Positions 39,758 to 50,447 of a stretch of DNA of 59,111 bases are shown here, piece after piece; within the stretch, counting starts at the first letter, position 1; each line of letters begins with the position of its first letter. The translations under genes and the position numbers were made by a program. Location of the stretch: positions 1-59,111 of the forward strand of contig JAHHIK010000048.1 of the NCBI GenBank assembly GCA_019358935.1, read 5' to 3'. Under the pieces are notes generated by a model, which was given only the letters and a program-made list of their open reading frames with translations, was not told the origin of the DNA and searched no databases. The stretch is from Tolypothrix carrinoi HA7290-LM1. GTDB taxonomy: Bacteria; Cyanobacteriota; Cyanobacteriia; Cyanobacteriales; Nostocaceae.

Positions 39758-39878
39758 CGGCAAAGATGGGGATGGATGCCTCTTCGGGCTTAATATAGTG
39801 GTGTGCGATCGCACCCCGCTATCTAAAACTACAACAGCATAAAGGCGATGTCTGACGACAAGCCATAAAGCTTGGTGC

Positions 39879-39966
39879 AGTCGCTCATGGGGAGCCAGTG
39901 CGGTGGACGGGTTCCCCGGCATAAAGCATCTGGCGTGGTAACGAACAAGACCGCGCTGCTTCACCG
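39879..39966. repeat. Nested small dispersed repeat
   Basis: 69 bp identical to 25176-25244. Confidence 0.85.
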
Positions 39967-40082
39967 CTCCTTTGTCTACGCTCAACTCAGCTAAATTGTC
40001 TAATAAAGAGACGCTTTTTAAAGCGGCAAAACATGATTCATTGTTACAATACGACCATTCCCCAACTTATTAAGACACAACT

Positions 40083-40322
40083 ATGATTACTCAAATGATG
40101 GTTCAACCCTCATCCTGGGTAGAGTCTGGAATTAAAATTAGTAAAGTAAGAAATTTGCATCTATTCAAGTTTACTGATGAACTACAGTCTCAGCTTGAAG
40201 AACTTTCTCTTAATAAAAAAGCTGGAACACTGACTTCAGAACAAGAAGCTGAACTAGCAGGAATATTAGAACTTGATAGAATTTTTACTTTGCTAAATGC
40301 CAGAATAATTGCTGAGTCATGA
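40083..40322 (+). CDS. Small helical protein, antitoxin-like partner of an HNH nuclease
   Basis: ATGA overlap with the HNH gene; acidic helical C-terminus. Confidence 0.75.
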   Translation: MITQMMVQPSSWVESGIKISKVRNLHLFKFTDELQSQLEELSLNKKAGTLTSEQEAELAGILELDRIFTLLNARIIAES

Positions 40323-40771
40323 CAGTTAATGATGCAACTAGAAAATTAGTTAGAGAAAGAGCGAAATACCTTTGCGAATACTGTCATTCTTTAGAAGAAG
40401 CAAGTGCGGCTCAGTTTTCTATTGATCATATTGTTCCGCAGTCTCTTAGTGGTTCGGATGACGCTGATAATTTGGCACTAGCATGTCAACGTTGTAACGG
40501 ATATCGTTATAATTTCACAACTGGCATTGACCCAGAAACAGGAGAAATGATTTCTTTATTTAATCCTCGTAAGCAAAAGTGGTCTGATAACTTTATATGG
40601 TCAGCAGATGGCTTAACAATTTTCGGCATTACTCCTACAGGACGAGCTACTTGTAATCGTTTAGACCTTAATGATGAGCGTCACAATGAAGGTTCTATTT
40701 TAAAAGCGCGTCGTCTCTGGATAAAAGGTGGTTGGCATCCACCAAGCGAAGATCCACGACAAGAAAGTTAG
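40319..40771 (+). CDS. HNH endonuclease
   Basis: CEYC, IDHIVP, NLALACQRCN and LFNPR motifs. Confidence 0.92.
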   Translation: MTVNDATRKLVRERAKYLCEYCHSLEEASAAQFSIDHIVPQSLSGSDDADNLALACQRCNGYRYNFTTGIDPETGEMISLFNPRKQKWSDNFIWSADGLTIFGITPTGRATCNRLDLNDERHNEGSILKARRLWIKGGWHPPSEDPRQES

Positions 40772-40913
40772 GTTTGAAAAGTTACTCAGTGAACAGCTTT
40801 TAAAAGCGGGCTGACTTTAGCGCTTCAGCGCTAACTACATTAAAGAATCACAGATTATTATCTGTGTCCATCTGTGCTTTAATCTTTAAAAATCCCTAAT
40901 CCCTAACCCCTAT

Positions 40914-41408
40914 ATGAACCCCCAACGCATCGAACCCAACCCCGGACAAGAATCAGTTTGGGATTATCCTCGTCCCCCTCGCTTAGAGGACACAACCAAA
41001 CACATCCAAATCATCTTTAATGATGTGACTATTGTAGATACCCACAGCGCTAAACGTGTTTTAGAAACCAGCCATCCACCCAGTTACTACATTCCTCCTG
41101 CGGATATCAAAATGGAATACCTCCTTTTGACACCGCGTTCTAGCTTTTGTGAATGGAAGGGAAGTGCCGGTTACTACAATATCCGCGTGGGTGAGAAAGA
41201 AGTGCAAAATGCTGCTTGGTTTTACCCTGAACCTACACCAGAGTTTGCATCTATCAAAGATTATGTAGCTTTTTACGTCCACTTAATGGATGCGTGCTAC
41301 GTTGATGGCGAAAAAGTACAACCGCAACCAGGTAACTTTTATGGGGGTTGGATTACCAGCGATATTGTCGGACCTTTCAAAGGTGGCGCCGGCACTTGGG
41401 GATGGTGA
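40914..41408 (+). CDS. DUF427 domain protein
   Basis: ESVWDYPRPP, ETSHPP and CEWKG motifs. Confidence 0.9.
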   Translation: MNPQRIEPNPGQESVWDYPRPPRLEDTTKHIQIIFNDVTIVDTHSAKRVLETSHPPSYYIPPADIKMEYLLLTPRSSFCEWKGSAGYYNIRVGEKEVQNAAWFYPEPTPEFASIKDYVAFYVHLMDACYVDGEKVQPQPGNFYGGWITSDIVGPFKGGAGTWGW

Positions 41409-41628
41409 GAAATTGCCTTCAAAATAATTACAGCAGGAGGCGCGGAGTTTGGAGTTTGGAGTTTAGAGTTATATAATGTCGGCTTAAATACAAGTCAATT
41501 GCGATCGCCACTTTTTATCCAAAGTAGAGACAATTCATGAATTCTCTCTACCCCATTTTTACTCAATTGTCTATTTAATTGCTTTCCTGCTGTATTTTTG
41601 AGAATTTTGACTTTCGTGGGTGCGAAAG

Positions 41629-42537
41629 TCAAAATATTTCTGTAGGAGCAAAAGAACTGTCAGTTGCCAATGTGCTTAAATCTTCAATGTTAATCAGCAT
41701 CGTGTTACACATTTCGTCTAAAGGTAAGTTATGCAAAGCACGAGCAAAAGGATTTTCAATTTCAATTCCAATTTGTTCAATGCCAAACAAAGTAAAACTA
41801 ATCAAAGCTACAACTAAACCTGTTGCCCAATTTAAATCTTTGACTAATTGAAATGGTAATGATAAACAGTAAATTAACAACAACTGTTTCAAATGAATAG
41901 CATAAGGTAGAGGCATTGGTGTTTGTAAGATTCGCTCACAACTACTAAAAGCATCTATAATATTATCTATTAAATGCTGCAAAGCTGTTACCTGAACAGG
42001 ATTAACACGTTGGCGTCGATGTTGCTTCTGCAAAAAATCACTTACCCAAAAAGCAATTTCTAAAGGAGGAGTTCTACGACTTTGAAGAACAAAATACTCG
42101 GATGGGGACATCAATCCTTGTAACTCTGGGTTTATCGGTTCTTGTCGCAGATACAATTTTGTGGCAATTGTAAACGCAACTATTAACCGCAAAGCGGCAA
42201 TTTTATGTTCTCTATCTTTTGGTCCTTGTTCTTCAATTACGATCCAAATTTGACGAGCTAAATTCCGAACATTGATAACTAAATTTCCCCAGCACTTTCG
42301 ACCTTCCCAGAAACGTTCATAAGCTGTGTTAGTGCGGAAAACTAATAGTAGACCCAGGACAATACTCGGAACTAAAGCACTCAAAATAGGCAAAGAGACA
42401 GGTAATCCCAAATAATAAAGAAGCGAAATAAAAATGCCAAATACACCAGACCCAAGAACCTGGGGCATTATTTTGGGAATCACAGACTGTCTTAACTGAA
42501 AAGCAACTCTAAACCAGTTGACTTTTTTTGTACTCAT
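41629..42537 (-). CDS. Bestrophin-family (YneE-like) channel
   Basis: LLVFRTNTAYERFWEGRK, CERILQTP and IENPF motifs. Confidence 0.93.
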   Translation of the reverse strand: MSTKKVNWFRVAFQLRQSVIPKIMPQVLGSGVFGIFISLLYYLGLPVSLPILSALVPSIVLGLLLVFRTNTAYERFWEGRKCWGNLVINVRNLARQIWIVIEEQGPKDREHKIAALRLIVAFTIATKLYLRQEPINPELQGLMSPSEYFVLQSRRTPPLEIAFWVSDFLQKQHRRQRVNPVQVTALQHLIDNIIDAFSSCERILQTPMPLPYAIHLKQLLLIYCLSLPFQLVKDLNWATGLVVALISFTLFGIEQIGIEIENPFARALHNLPLDEMCNTMLINIEDLSTLATDSSFAPTEIF

Positions 42538-42597
42538 TGAACTTTACCAGAGCATATTATACCAATTCTGTGTGAAGGTGAGAATTTACAAATAAAA

Positions 42598-43149
42598 TCA
42601 GTTTAACAACCGTCCCACAGAAATTATGATACTGGGAAACGCCAAAGGATTTACTTCGCCATTACTTAGTGTTACTTCAGATGTATAATCGCCATCATTG
42701 GGATTGCGGAAAATTTTGAGGAGGCGATTTTTTAAATCCACAACCCAATATTCTGGTATTTCCGCTAAAGCATAAGCTTTTCGCTTTGCATCTAAATCTT
42801 TACTCAAGCTGGTGTTAGAATATTCAATTAACCAAAAAATATTTTCCGGGTAAGGGTGACGGGTTCGATATAGTGCCCGCAAAGGTTGCACGATCGCCAA
42901 ATCTGGTTCGGGTTCGGAAGCCATCAAGGGTAATGTAATCGGCTTTGCATCGCGCACGAGAACTTTTTCTCCTAGCACAGATCGCAGATAGTCCGCACCA
43001 TCGGTACTTAGTTGAGCATGTTCTGGACCCTCTGGAGGCATTTCAACGACTTCCCCGTTTAATAGTTCAACGTGACGTTCACAAAGAAGACCAACTTCAA
43101 CCATGCGGTGATACTCGTCTAGCGTCCATTTAGCTGTAGTAAGTGTCAT
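42598..43149 (-). CDS. Uma2-family endonuclease-fold protein
   Basis: WTLDEYHRM, SEPEPD and IPEYWVVD motifs. Confidence 0.92.
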   Translation of the reverse strand: MTLTTAKWTLDEYHRMVEVGLLCERHVELLNGEVVEMPPEGPEHAQLSTDGADYLRSVLGEKVLVRDAKPITLPLMASEPEPDLAIVQPLRALYRTRHPYPENIFWLIEYSNTSLSKDLDAKRKAYALAEIPEYWVVDLKNRLLKIFRNPNDGDYTSEVTLSNGEVNPLAFPSIIISVGRLLN

Positions 43150-43190
43150 TGCCGGTCTTACCTTAGTCGAGAGGTTTTATAAATATTCTG

Positions 43191-43439
43191 GGCGTTGCTG
43201 ATTTCAAGTATGAATTTGCCTCACGCAGAGGAGCCAGTGCGTTGCGCGGGTTCCCAAGGCAGCGCGTTGCGGAGCCAGTGCGTTGGACGGGTTTCCCGGC
43301 TTGAAGCACCTGGCGTTGGGGTTCCCCCCGTTGTAGCGACTGCCGCCGCGTTGTAGCAACTGGCGTCGCGCACTCGTAGCAGAGAATAAGAGTTTGAATT
43401 ACGGACTTTTTGAATTTCATACCTCAATTCAGCAACGCC
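43191..43439. mobile_element. 249-bp MITE with 8-bp TSD carrying multiply nested hairpin repeats
   Basis: TIR GGCGTTGCTGA (extends imperfectly to about 24 bp); ATATTCTG at 43183-43190 and 43440-43447. Confidence 0.88.
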
Positions 43440-43561
43440 ATATTCTGCGTTTATATTCTATTGAAGCGTGCTTTTTACTCGTTTCGTTTGCTGGTTTATC
43501 TCCATAACTTGGCTAAAAAGTATAAAATTAAACAATTTTTACAAATTACGTAAGTGGTATT

Positions 43562-46144
43562 CTAATAATCTTGTCGCACCCCACCTCGCACAGGTTTAAT
43601 TTCCGAAGGGTCAGAGAATGGATCGGTGCCACCACTCCAGTTAAAGTCGCTAATTCTAAAGCTGATACCACCTAATTCCAACACTGGGTTATAACGCAAG
43701 GTGATTCCGTAGGTGCGGCGGTTATATTCTACGATGTAGTCGGTGCTACTGCGTTCGCCTGTGTCTAAGTTGATTGAGGTTTGAAAACCAAGGCTAAATG
43801 GTCCGTAGATTTGCTGAGAAATTCCCGCATTAAGTACTCTGTTATCAACAGCGCGATCGAACAAAAATGGCGATGCTCCGCTAAATATACCTTGGGAATA
43901 ACTGACATTAAAGGCGGTATAATCAAAGGCAGGTCGAGAGAAATGTCCAAACTGTCCGCGCAAGCCAACTGTGGCAATCAAGGTGTTTTGACTATCACCG
44001 CTGCTGTAATAACTGCTTGTGCCGGTTACGTCCCCAAATGCTTGTATGTAGGGAACTATCGGGTTTGGAGTGTAACGCAATCCTTCTGTGGGGGTGGGTG
44101 GTAATCCTTTACCTTGCCACAGTGTAATCCCACCATCAACGGTAGCACTACCTTGGACGCGCCCTAAAGAGATGCGGTTGTTGTCTCGCCGTGTTTCGAG
44201 TAAGTCAAGCCGATCGCTATTCGCGTTAATATATTGAGCGCCACCTTGATATCTTAAGTTAAAACCAGTTGTACCTAAAGGAATTCTCGGAGAAGTAACA
44301 ACTGCACCAAGGCTACTTTGAACGGTTTGAAAACCGAGGGTGCCGTTGTAAAGACGATCGCGATAGCTGTATTCTAAATTCAATATATGAGGATTTTGAT
44401 CGCCTAATTCTTGCCGCAATCGCAAACTCGCCCGCAAATTATCTTCCACTGTCCCCAAATCCAAGCTGGTTAATATCCCAGAACCCTCAACTGTAGTCTT
44501 CGGACTTAAAGTAGCAGCCAATTTTGTTTTCAAACCAAACAACGCTGCAAAGCTATCAGTACCACCTATAGCTTTTTGCGCGAAAAACTGCGGTGTGACG
44601 CTAAAACGTACCCCTTCTGTGTTAAAGGGTTGGAAAGAACGCTCAATAAACACACCACCGCGTTGATTACCATCAAAGCCGACAGAGACAATCGCTGGAG
44701 TTACATCGCGTTCTCGGCGGTCGATTGTCTGCCGATCTACGGGGATGGGTAATGTTGTTCTTTGATCTAATACTAAACGCTGACGCTCTGTTTTAATGCT
44801 GTCTACTAAGGGTGACTCTCGCGTTAAAGTGACTTTATCGGCACGTAACTCTAGTTCTGGGGGCGAAAATGGATCGTTGGTGAAGCGGACATTTCTCGCT
44901 TGCCAGCCTCGCGGATAAAAATCAACTCGTTCTGCTTGAAAGCGCACTCGCTTGACTACACCTCCCTGTTTTGGTCCTGGGAGGTTTCTTGCATCTGCCC
45001 TTCCACCTAAGTTGAAGTTAACCCCACCAGGACTGTTAACACCTGTAGTCGGCTGATTTGCCCGAATGCGATCGCTTGGCGGACGCGCTGTTACTACTCC
45101 ACTTACTCCGGTATCAACATTATTAAAGGCTAAATCACTACCCGCTGTGGGGATGTAAACTTCTCCCCTACCATTTTCTAATTGCCCGCTATCTTGAATA
45201 AAATTATAAGTAAAGCGTTCTCCGCGCAGTACTTGATCCCCTCGTGTCAATGCGACATTTCCATCGCCCACGGCAATCAAGTTGTCTAAATTGACTTGCA
45301 AGCGATCGGCATCTACCACCGCCCCATCAAATCGTACCACCACATTACCCACAGCCGTGACAATCCGCCGTTGCTGGTCGTACTCCTGCCTATCTGAAGT
45401 TACTTCTACAATTCTCTCTCGTGCTGGCGCTGTACTTGCTGGCGGAGTTGTTTGAGATGGCTGACTTTCTTGCTGAGTAGTTGCTGGCGGAGTTGTCTGA
45501 GGTTGACTTTCTTGCTGATTTGTGCTGTCTGTTGGTGTGGGGACAGATTGTTGCGGGGAACCAGGTTGGGGAATTGTGATTTGGCTTGTTTGGCTGCGAG
45601 ACTTGAATTCTATAACATTTTCTACTCTTTGTGTACTCGCTGGACTGTCGGGATTAGTATAAGTAATATTTTGTATCGGTTCGCTACTTTGAGCCTCTTG
45701 GGGTGTCTGACGCGGCGCATTTTGGGCAATAGTCTGACTTATTCGTTTTGGATGGGCTAATTTTTCTTGTAGTATTTGCCCTTTTTGGGATATCTTGCTT
45801 TGTGAGGCGACATTTGCATCCGGCTGCACCGGATAACTAATTCCCATCGACTCTCCCAAAGCAGCGGCACTCTTAACGGCGGTGAGGGGAGAAAATTCCG
45901 GTGGGAAACTTTCTGGCTGACTGAGTGCGGCTTGGGTCTGGGGAACTGCTAAATCTTGCCGAGTAGCGTTTTGTGGAGTTGGCGATACAGAATCTGATTG
46001 CCGTTGTGGCTGATTTTGTTGCGCTTTCGCCTCAAGTTCGGCAATTGAATGAAACTTGGTATCACTACCAGTCAAAATCGGATTTGCAGGTTGTAAAGGT
46101 TCGACATAAGAAGGTGGTGCGGGCGGCAGAACTGGGTGAAGCAT
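43562..46144 (-). CDS. DUF3769 / LptD-like outer-membrane assembly protein
   Basis: OstA-like segment (TSDRQEYD...AVGNVVV), FTNDPFSPPEL and a beta-strand-rich C-terminus. Confidence 0.85.
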   Translation of the reverse strand: MLHPVLPPAPPSYVEPLQPANPILTGSDTKFHSIAELEAKAQQNQPQRQSDSVSPTPQNATRQDLAVPQTQAALSQPESFPPEFSPLTAVKSAAALGESMGISYPVQPDANVASQSKISQKGQILQEKLAHPKRISQTIAQNAPRQTPQEAQSSEPIQNITYTNPDSPASTQRVENVIEFKSRSQTSQITIPQPGSPQQSVPTPTDSTNQQESQPQTTPPATTQQESQPSQTTPPASTAPARERIVEVTSDRQEYDQQRRIVTAVGNVVVRFDGAVVDADRLQVNLDNLIAVGDGNVALTRGDQVLRGERFTYNFIQDSGQLENGRGEVYIPTAGSDLAFNNVDTGVSGVVTARPPSDRIRANQPTTGVNSPGGVNFNLGGRADARNLPGPKQGGVVKRVRFQAERVDFYPRGWQARNVRFTNDPFSPPELELRADKVTLTRESPLVDSIKTERQRLVLDQRTTLPIPVDRQTIDRRERDVTPAIVSVGFDGNQRGGVFIERSFQPFNTEGVRFSVTPQFFAQKAIGGTDSFAALFGLKTKLAATLSPKTTVEGSGILTSLDLGTVEDNLRASLRLRQELGDQNPHILNLEYSYRDRLYNGTLGFQTVQSSLGAVVTSPRIPLGTTGFNLRYQGGAQYINANSDRLDLLETRRDNNRISLGRVQGSATVDGGITLWQGKGLPPTPTEGLRYTPNPIVPYIQAFGDVTGTSSYYSSGDSQNTLIATVGLRGQFGHFSRPAFDYTAFNVSYSQGIFSGASPFLFDRAVDNRVLNAGISQQIYGPFSLGFQTSINLDTGERSSTDYIVEYNRRTYGITLRYNPVLELGGISFRISDFNWSGGTDPFSDPSEIKPVRGGVRQDY

Positions 46145-46353
46145 ATTCGCAAAATCAACCTAACAAATAGCCAATTGAAAGCCGGAAGGACTAATTACAC
46201 CTAACAGCCTTCCGACTTTAGCCTTCAGCCTAGCCTGCGGCAAGCCGCTTGGAAAGGACACTCAAACAAGCGTGTGGAATTTTCCACGCTCTTCTCAAGT
46301 GTCCGTGGCATTTACATTCGCATGAACGGCAATTTTTGGATCGGGTCGTGATT

Positions 46354-46470
46354 TTACTCTGAATCCCGGCGTCCGGGGTTACGAGCTGGATCGTTCGACA
46401 AAAATCCAAAGACGAAGAGCAAAATGAAGAAGGCTACAACAACATAAACAACAATTTTTAAAGTAACCAT
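46354..46470 (-). CDS. psbI: Photosystem II reaction centre protein I (below the ORF-track cutoff)
   Basis: [38 protein letters not shown]. Confidence 0.97.
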   Translation of the reverse strand: MVTLKIVVYVVVAFFILLFVFGFLSNDPARNPGRRDSE

Positions 46471-46985
46471 TGACGAAAACTCCAAGGGTATGAAATAGAA
46501 GCTTGCTTTTTTGTATCCGTGATGCAGAAAAGATAGCTCCTATATATTACCCAAATCTCGCCCCTTTTTTGGAAGGTACTGAGTCCATCCATCCAAAGTC
46601 CAAAGTCCAAAGGAAGGTTTACGCTAATTTCTCACGCGGATGCTTTGTAGGATGTGCTGTGGGTGCGTGTGATTTGTAGATGCGATGCTCGCTTTTCAAT
46701 AAGAATCTGAAGTAATTACTCTCTTCTGATGACGTGAACTTGAGGCTGAGGTTTCCGAGTCAAGAAATAAAGTCGCTGGAATTCACGTAGAATATGCACA
46801 AAGCGTAATGCCAGGAAAGTGGCAAATTGTATATCACCCGATCGGGTGATCCAGTAGCATGATGCTTGTGGGGTACTAGCCATTATAAATTTTTAAGGAA
46901 CAATACAGCAACTTTGTTGGCGGCATCAGCGCCGAACTAAACCCTTCCTTTAAGAATTGCTTAATCCCCGAAATTGGTAAAAAAT

Positions 46986-47339
46986 ATGGTTCTCATTCGT
47001 GACATTGTTCAGCAAGCGCTAAATACAGGCTCTTTAAGTATTCCAGCAGATGAGCAGTTGCAGCAGTTACTGCAAACTGAATTTGAGGAAAAAGACATCG
47101 ATGCTTTGATGCTACTACAAGAAGCTGTGCAATCCGGACGTGTTCGCAAAGAGTACCGCAACCCCAAGAGCGATCGCCCGACAAAAAACAAACGCGGTAT
47201 CATCAAGATGAAACTTCTTTGTCCTAGTGCTGTTGGCGTTCTTGTCTTGGGTACTGTTGTCTTTGCTCTCCCAAAAGGCGGCGAATCAGTACATTTCCCT
47301 ACGAACAATGCCAATGTTACTCAATTAACTTTAGAATAA
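46986..47339 (+). CDS. Hypothetical protein (small cyanobacterial domain plus hydrophobic tail)
   Basis: MVLIRDIVQQAL.TG.LS...L..L.EAV.SGRV pattern recalled from cyanobacterial hypothetical proteins. Confidence 0.7.
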   Translation: MVLIRDIVQQALNTGSLSIPADEQLQQLLQTEFEEKDIDALMLLQEAVQSGRVRKEYRNPKSDRPTKNKRGIIKMKLLCPSAVGVLVLGTVVFALPKGGESVHFPTNNANVTQLTLE

Positions 47340-47760
47340 TGGCAAATTGCCCGGATTCGTGCTTTTTGCCTTCTAAAGCTTCAGTACTACTTTTTGAGGG
47401 AGTTTGAGAAATTTCAACGAGCTATGGATGTTCTCTTCTCTCTCCCTCAAAGAAGACGCAAAGCTTCTGTTGCGTGCATCTCACAGTATCTACATCAATA
47501 ATATAAATATTTATAACCTCTTACTTATGTTTAAGTTAATTTATGTATTGAACTACATAAATTATTAAATAATTATATAGTCAACACTAAGTGATAAAAT
47601 CAGAAAAAGCTTTGCAGTCACATTTTCCAATCTAAGTGATAATATTTTTTAAAGCTTAACAAAGTCATCATAACTTCACAAACAGGGTATAAAGAGTTGG
47701 AAACATTGGGCAAACACAGTCAACAATAGCGATAGCTAAACCAGGAGTTTCGCAGTCCTT

Positions 47761-50334
47761 ATGCAACCAATTCGTACATTTAACGTGTCCCCTTCGCTAC
47801 CGCCCCGACTCGAACCGCTGCGGAAGCTGGCATATAATCTCCACTGGGATTGGAATGTTGAGACAAAAGACTTATTTCGCCGCTTAGACCCGGATTTATG
47901 GGAATCTAGCCGCCATAACCCAGTGTTAATGCTCGGTACAATCAGCCAAGGGCGGTTAACGGAAGTTGTGGAAGATGAAGGCTTCCTGGCGCAAATGGAT
48001 CGAGCTGCTCGGCAGTTAGAAGATTATTTACAAGAACGCACTTGGTACCAGAAACAGCGGAGTAGTCATTCTTCCGACAAAGGCAAAGAGTGCTACGCTT
48101 ATTTTTCGGCTGAATTTGGATTGGTGGATTGTTTGCCTGTATATTCTGGAGGCTTGGGTGTTCTCGCGGGCGATCACCTCAAATCTGCTAGCGATTTAGG
48201 ATTACCCTTAGTAGGTGTAGGCTTACTGTACCAGCAAGGTTACTTTGCCCAGTATCTGAATGCGGATGGTTGGCAGCAAGAACGCTATCCAATCAACGAT
48301 TTTTATAACATGACCTTGCACCTAGAGCGCAATCCTGACGGCTCAGAATTGCGAATTGCTGTAGATTACCCCGGACGCAAGGTTTACGCCAGAGTATGGC
48401 GCGTACAGGTGGGAACTGTGCCGCTGTACATGATGGATACTAACATCGAACCCAACAATCCTTACGACCACAACATTACAGATCAACTGTACGGTGGCGA
48501 TATCGATATGCGTATCCACCAGGAAATTATGCTGGGGATCGGCGGCGTGCAGATGTTGAAAGCTCTGGGGTATAATGTCACCGCTTACCATATGAATGAA
48601 GGTCATGCGGCTTTTTCTGCCCTAGAACGCATCCGGATGCTGATTCAAGAAGAGGGTCTGAGTTACGATACCGCCAAACAGGTGGTGGGTTCAACTAATA
48701 TCTTCACCACTCACACGCCGGTACCCGCAGGTATTGACTTGTTCCCCCCAGATAAGATGTTGTATTATCTGGGATATTATGCAGATATCTTTGGTTTGCC
48801 GAAAGAGCAATTTATCGGATTGGGACGTGAAAATACCGGTGATTTATCTGCGCCTTTTAGTATGGCAGTGCTGGCGTTAAAAATGGCAACATTTTGTAAC
48901 GGTGTAGCGCAACTGCATGGTGTGGTGTCGCGGCAAATGTTCCAAGGTTTGTGGCAAAAAGTACCAGTGGAAGAAGTGCCGATCGCCGCAATTACAAATG
49001 GCGTTCATGCCCGCAGTTGTGTGGCAAAATCAACTCAAGAGTTGTACGATCGCTATCTTGGACCGAATTGGTCATCAGCACCAGCAGATAGCCCATTGTG
49101 GGAACGCATGGACGCGATTCCAGATGAAGAATTGTGGCGCAATCACGAACGCTGTCGTTTGGATATGGTATTGTATGTGCGCGATCATTTGGTGAAACAT
49201 TTACGCGATCGCGGTGCTTCTTCTTCTGATATCGCCCAAGCGCAAGAAGTTCTCGATCCAAACGTTTTAACTATCGGTTTCGCTCGTCGCTTTGCTACCT
49301 ACAAACGCGCTACTTTATGGATGCGCGATATCGAACGCATCAAGCGGATAATGTTAGGTAACAAACACCGCAAGTTACAATTTGTTATCGCCGGCAAAGC
49401 GCACCCGAAAGACATCCCCGGTAAAGAATTAATCCGCGAAATCAATCACTTTATCAGCGAACAAAATTTAGAAAAGCAGGTAGTGTTTGTTCCTAATTAC
49501 GACATTCACATATCTCGATTGATGGTAGCTGGGTGCGATGTCTGGTTAAATACACCGCGTCGTCCGCGAGAAGCTTCAGGAACCAGCGGAATGAAGGCTT
49601 CGATGAACGGATTACCGAATTTGAGTGTATTAGATGGTTGGTGGGATGAAGCTGATTATGTCCGTACAGGTTGGGCGATCGGACATGGTGAGAATTATGA
49701 AGACCCCAATTATCAGGATGAGGTAGAGGCAAACGCTTTCTACGATTTACTAGAAAAAGAAGTCGTGCCTTTATTTTATGAGCGCGATGCTGATAATTTG
49801 CCCCGTCAGTGGGTAGCAAAAATGAAAGATGCGATTAAGTTGAATTGTCCGTTCTTTAATACAGCGCGGATGGTGGGAGAATATGCACAAAGAGCTTATT
49901 TTCCTGCAAGCGATCGCTACTACACTTTGACTGCCGATAAATATGCACCAGCGAAGGAATTAGCAGCTTGGAAAACCAAACTCAGCCAACACTGGTTCAA
50001 CATGAAAATCAAAGATGTTGACATCTCTTCTGGTGCAGATATTGAGGTGAACCAAACCGTTGCTGTCAAAGCGAAACTTGATTTGGCAACTCTCAGCCCG
50101 GATGATGTGCAAGTGGAGCTTTATCAAGGTACAATCGATGCCGATGGTGAGATTGTCGATGCTGTTCCAGTAGTGATGAATTACGAAGGTAATGATACGC
50201 AAGAATTAGGTATTTACACGGGGAATATCATCTACACTGCCTCTGGTTTACAAGGCTTATCCTTGCGGGTGTTGCCAAAACACAAGTACCTTGCTACTCC
50301 GTATGAGCCAAGGTTGATTCTTTGGGCACAGTAA
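47761..50334 (+). CDS. glgP: Alpha-glucan (glycogen) phosphorylase
   Basis: YSGGLGVLAGD, HMNEGH, FARRFATYKR and EASGTSGMK (PLP Lys) motifs. Confidence 0.97.
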   Translation: MQPIRTFNVSPSLPPRLEPLRKLAYNLHWDWNVETKDLFRRLDPDLWESSRHNPVLMLGTISQGRLTEVVEDEGFLAQMDRAARQLEDYLQERTWYQKQRSSHSSDKGKECYAYFSAEFGLVDCLPVYSGGLGVLAGDHLKSASDLGLPLVGVGLLYQQGYFAQYLNADGWQQERYPINDFYNMTLHLERNPDGSELRIAVDYPGRKVYARVWRVQVGTVPLYMMDTNIEPNNPYDHNITDQLYGGDIDMRIHQEIMLGIGGVQMLKALGYNVTAYHMNEGHAAFSALERIRMLIQEEGLSYDTAKQVVGSTNIFTTHTPVPAGIDLFPPDKMLYYLGYYADIFGLPKEQFIGLGRENTGDLSAPFSMAVLALKMATFCNGVAQLHGVVSRQMFQGLWQKVPVEEVPIAAITNGVHARSCVAKSTQELYDRYLGPNWSSAPADSPLWERMDAIPDEELWRNHERCRLDMVLYVRDHLVKHLRDRGASSSDIAQAQEVLDPNVLTIGFARRFATYKRATLWMRDIERIKRIMLGNKHRKLQFVIAGKAHPKDIPGKELIREINHFISEQNLEKQVVFVPNYDIHISRLMVAGCDVWLNTPRRPREASGTSGMKASMNGLPNLSVLDGWWDEADYVRTGWAIGHGENYEDPNYQDEVEANAFYDLLEKEVVPLFYERDADNLPRQWVAKMKDAIKLNCPFFNTARMVGEYAQRAYFPASDRYYTLTADKYAPAKELAAWKTKLSQHWFNMKIKDVDISSGADIEVNQTVAVKAKLDLATLSPDDVQVELYQGTIDADGEIVDAVPVVMNYEGNDTQELGIYTGNIIYTASGLQGLSLRVLPKHKYLATPYEPRLILWAQ

Positions 50335-50337
50335 GAG

Positions 50338-50447
50338 AGGGAGTAGGGAATGGGGAATTGGTAATTGGTAATGGGTAATGGGTAATTGGTAATTGGGCTT
50401 TTCCCCTGTCCCCATTCCCCACTCACCACTCCCCAGTCCCTAGTCCC
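50338..50447. repeat. STRR arrays
   Basis: GGTAATT/G and CCCCACT/AGT units. Confidence 0.8.
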
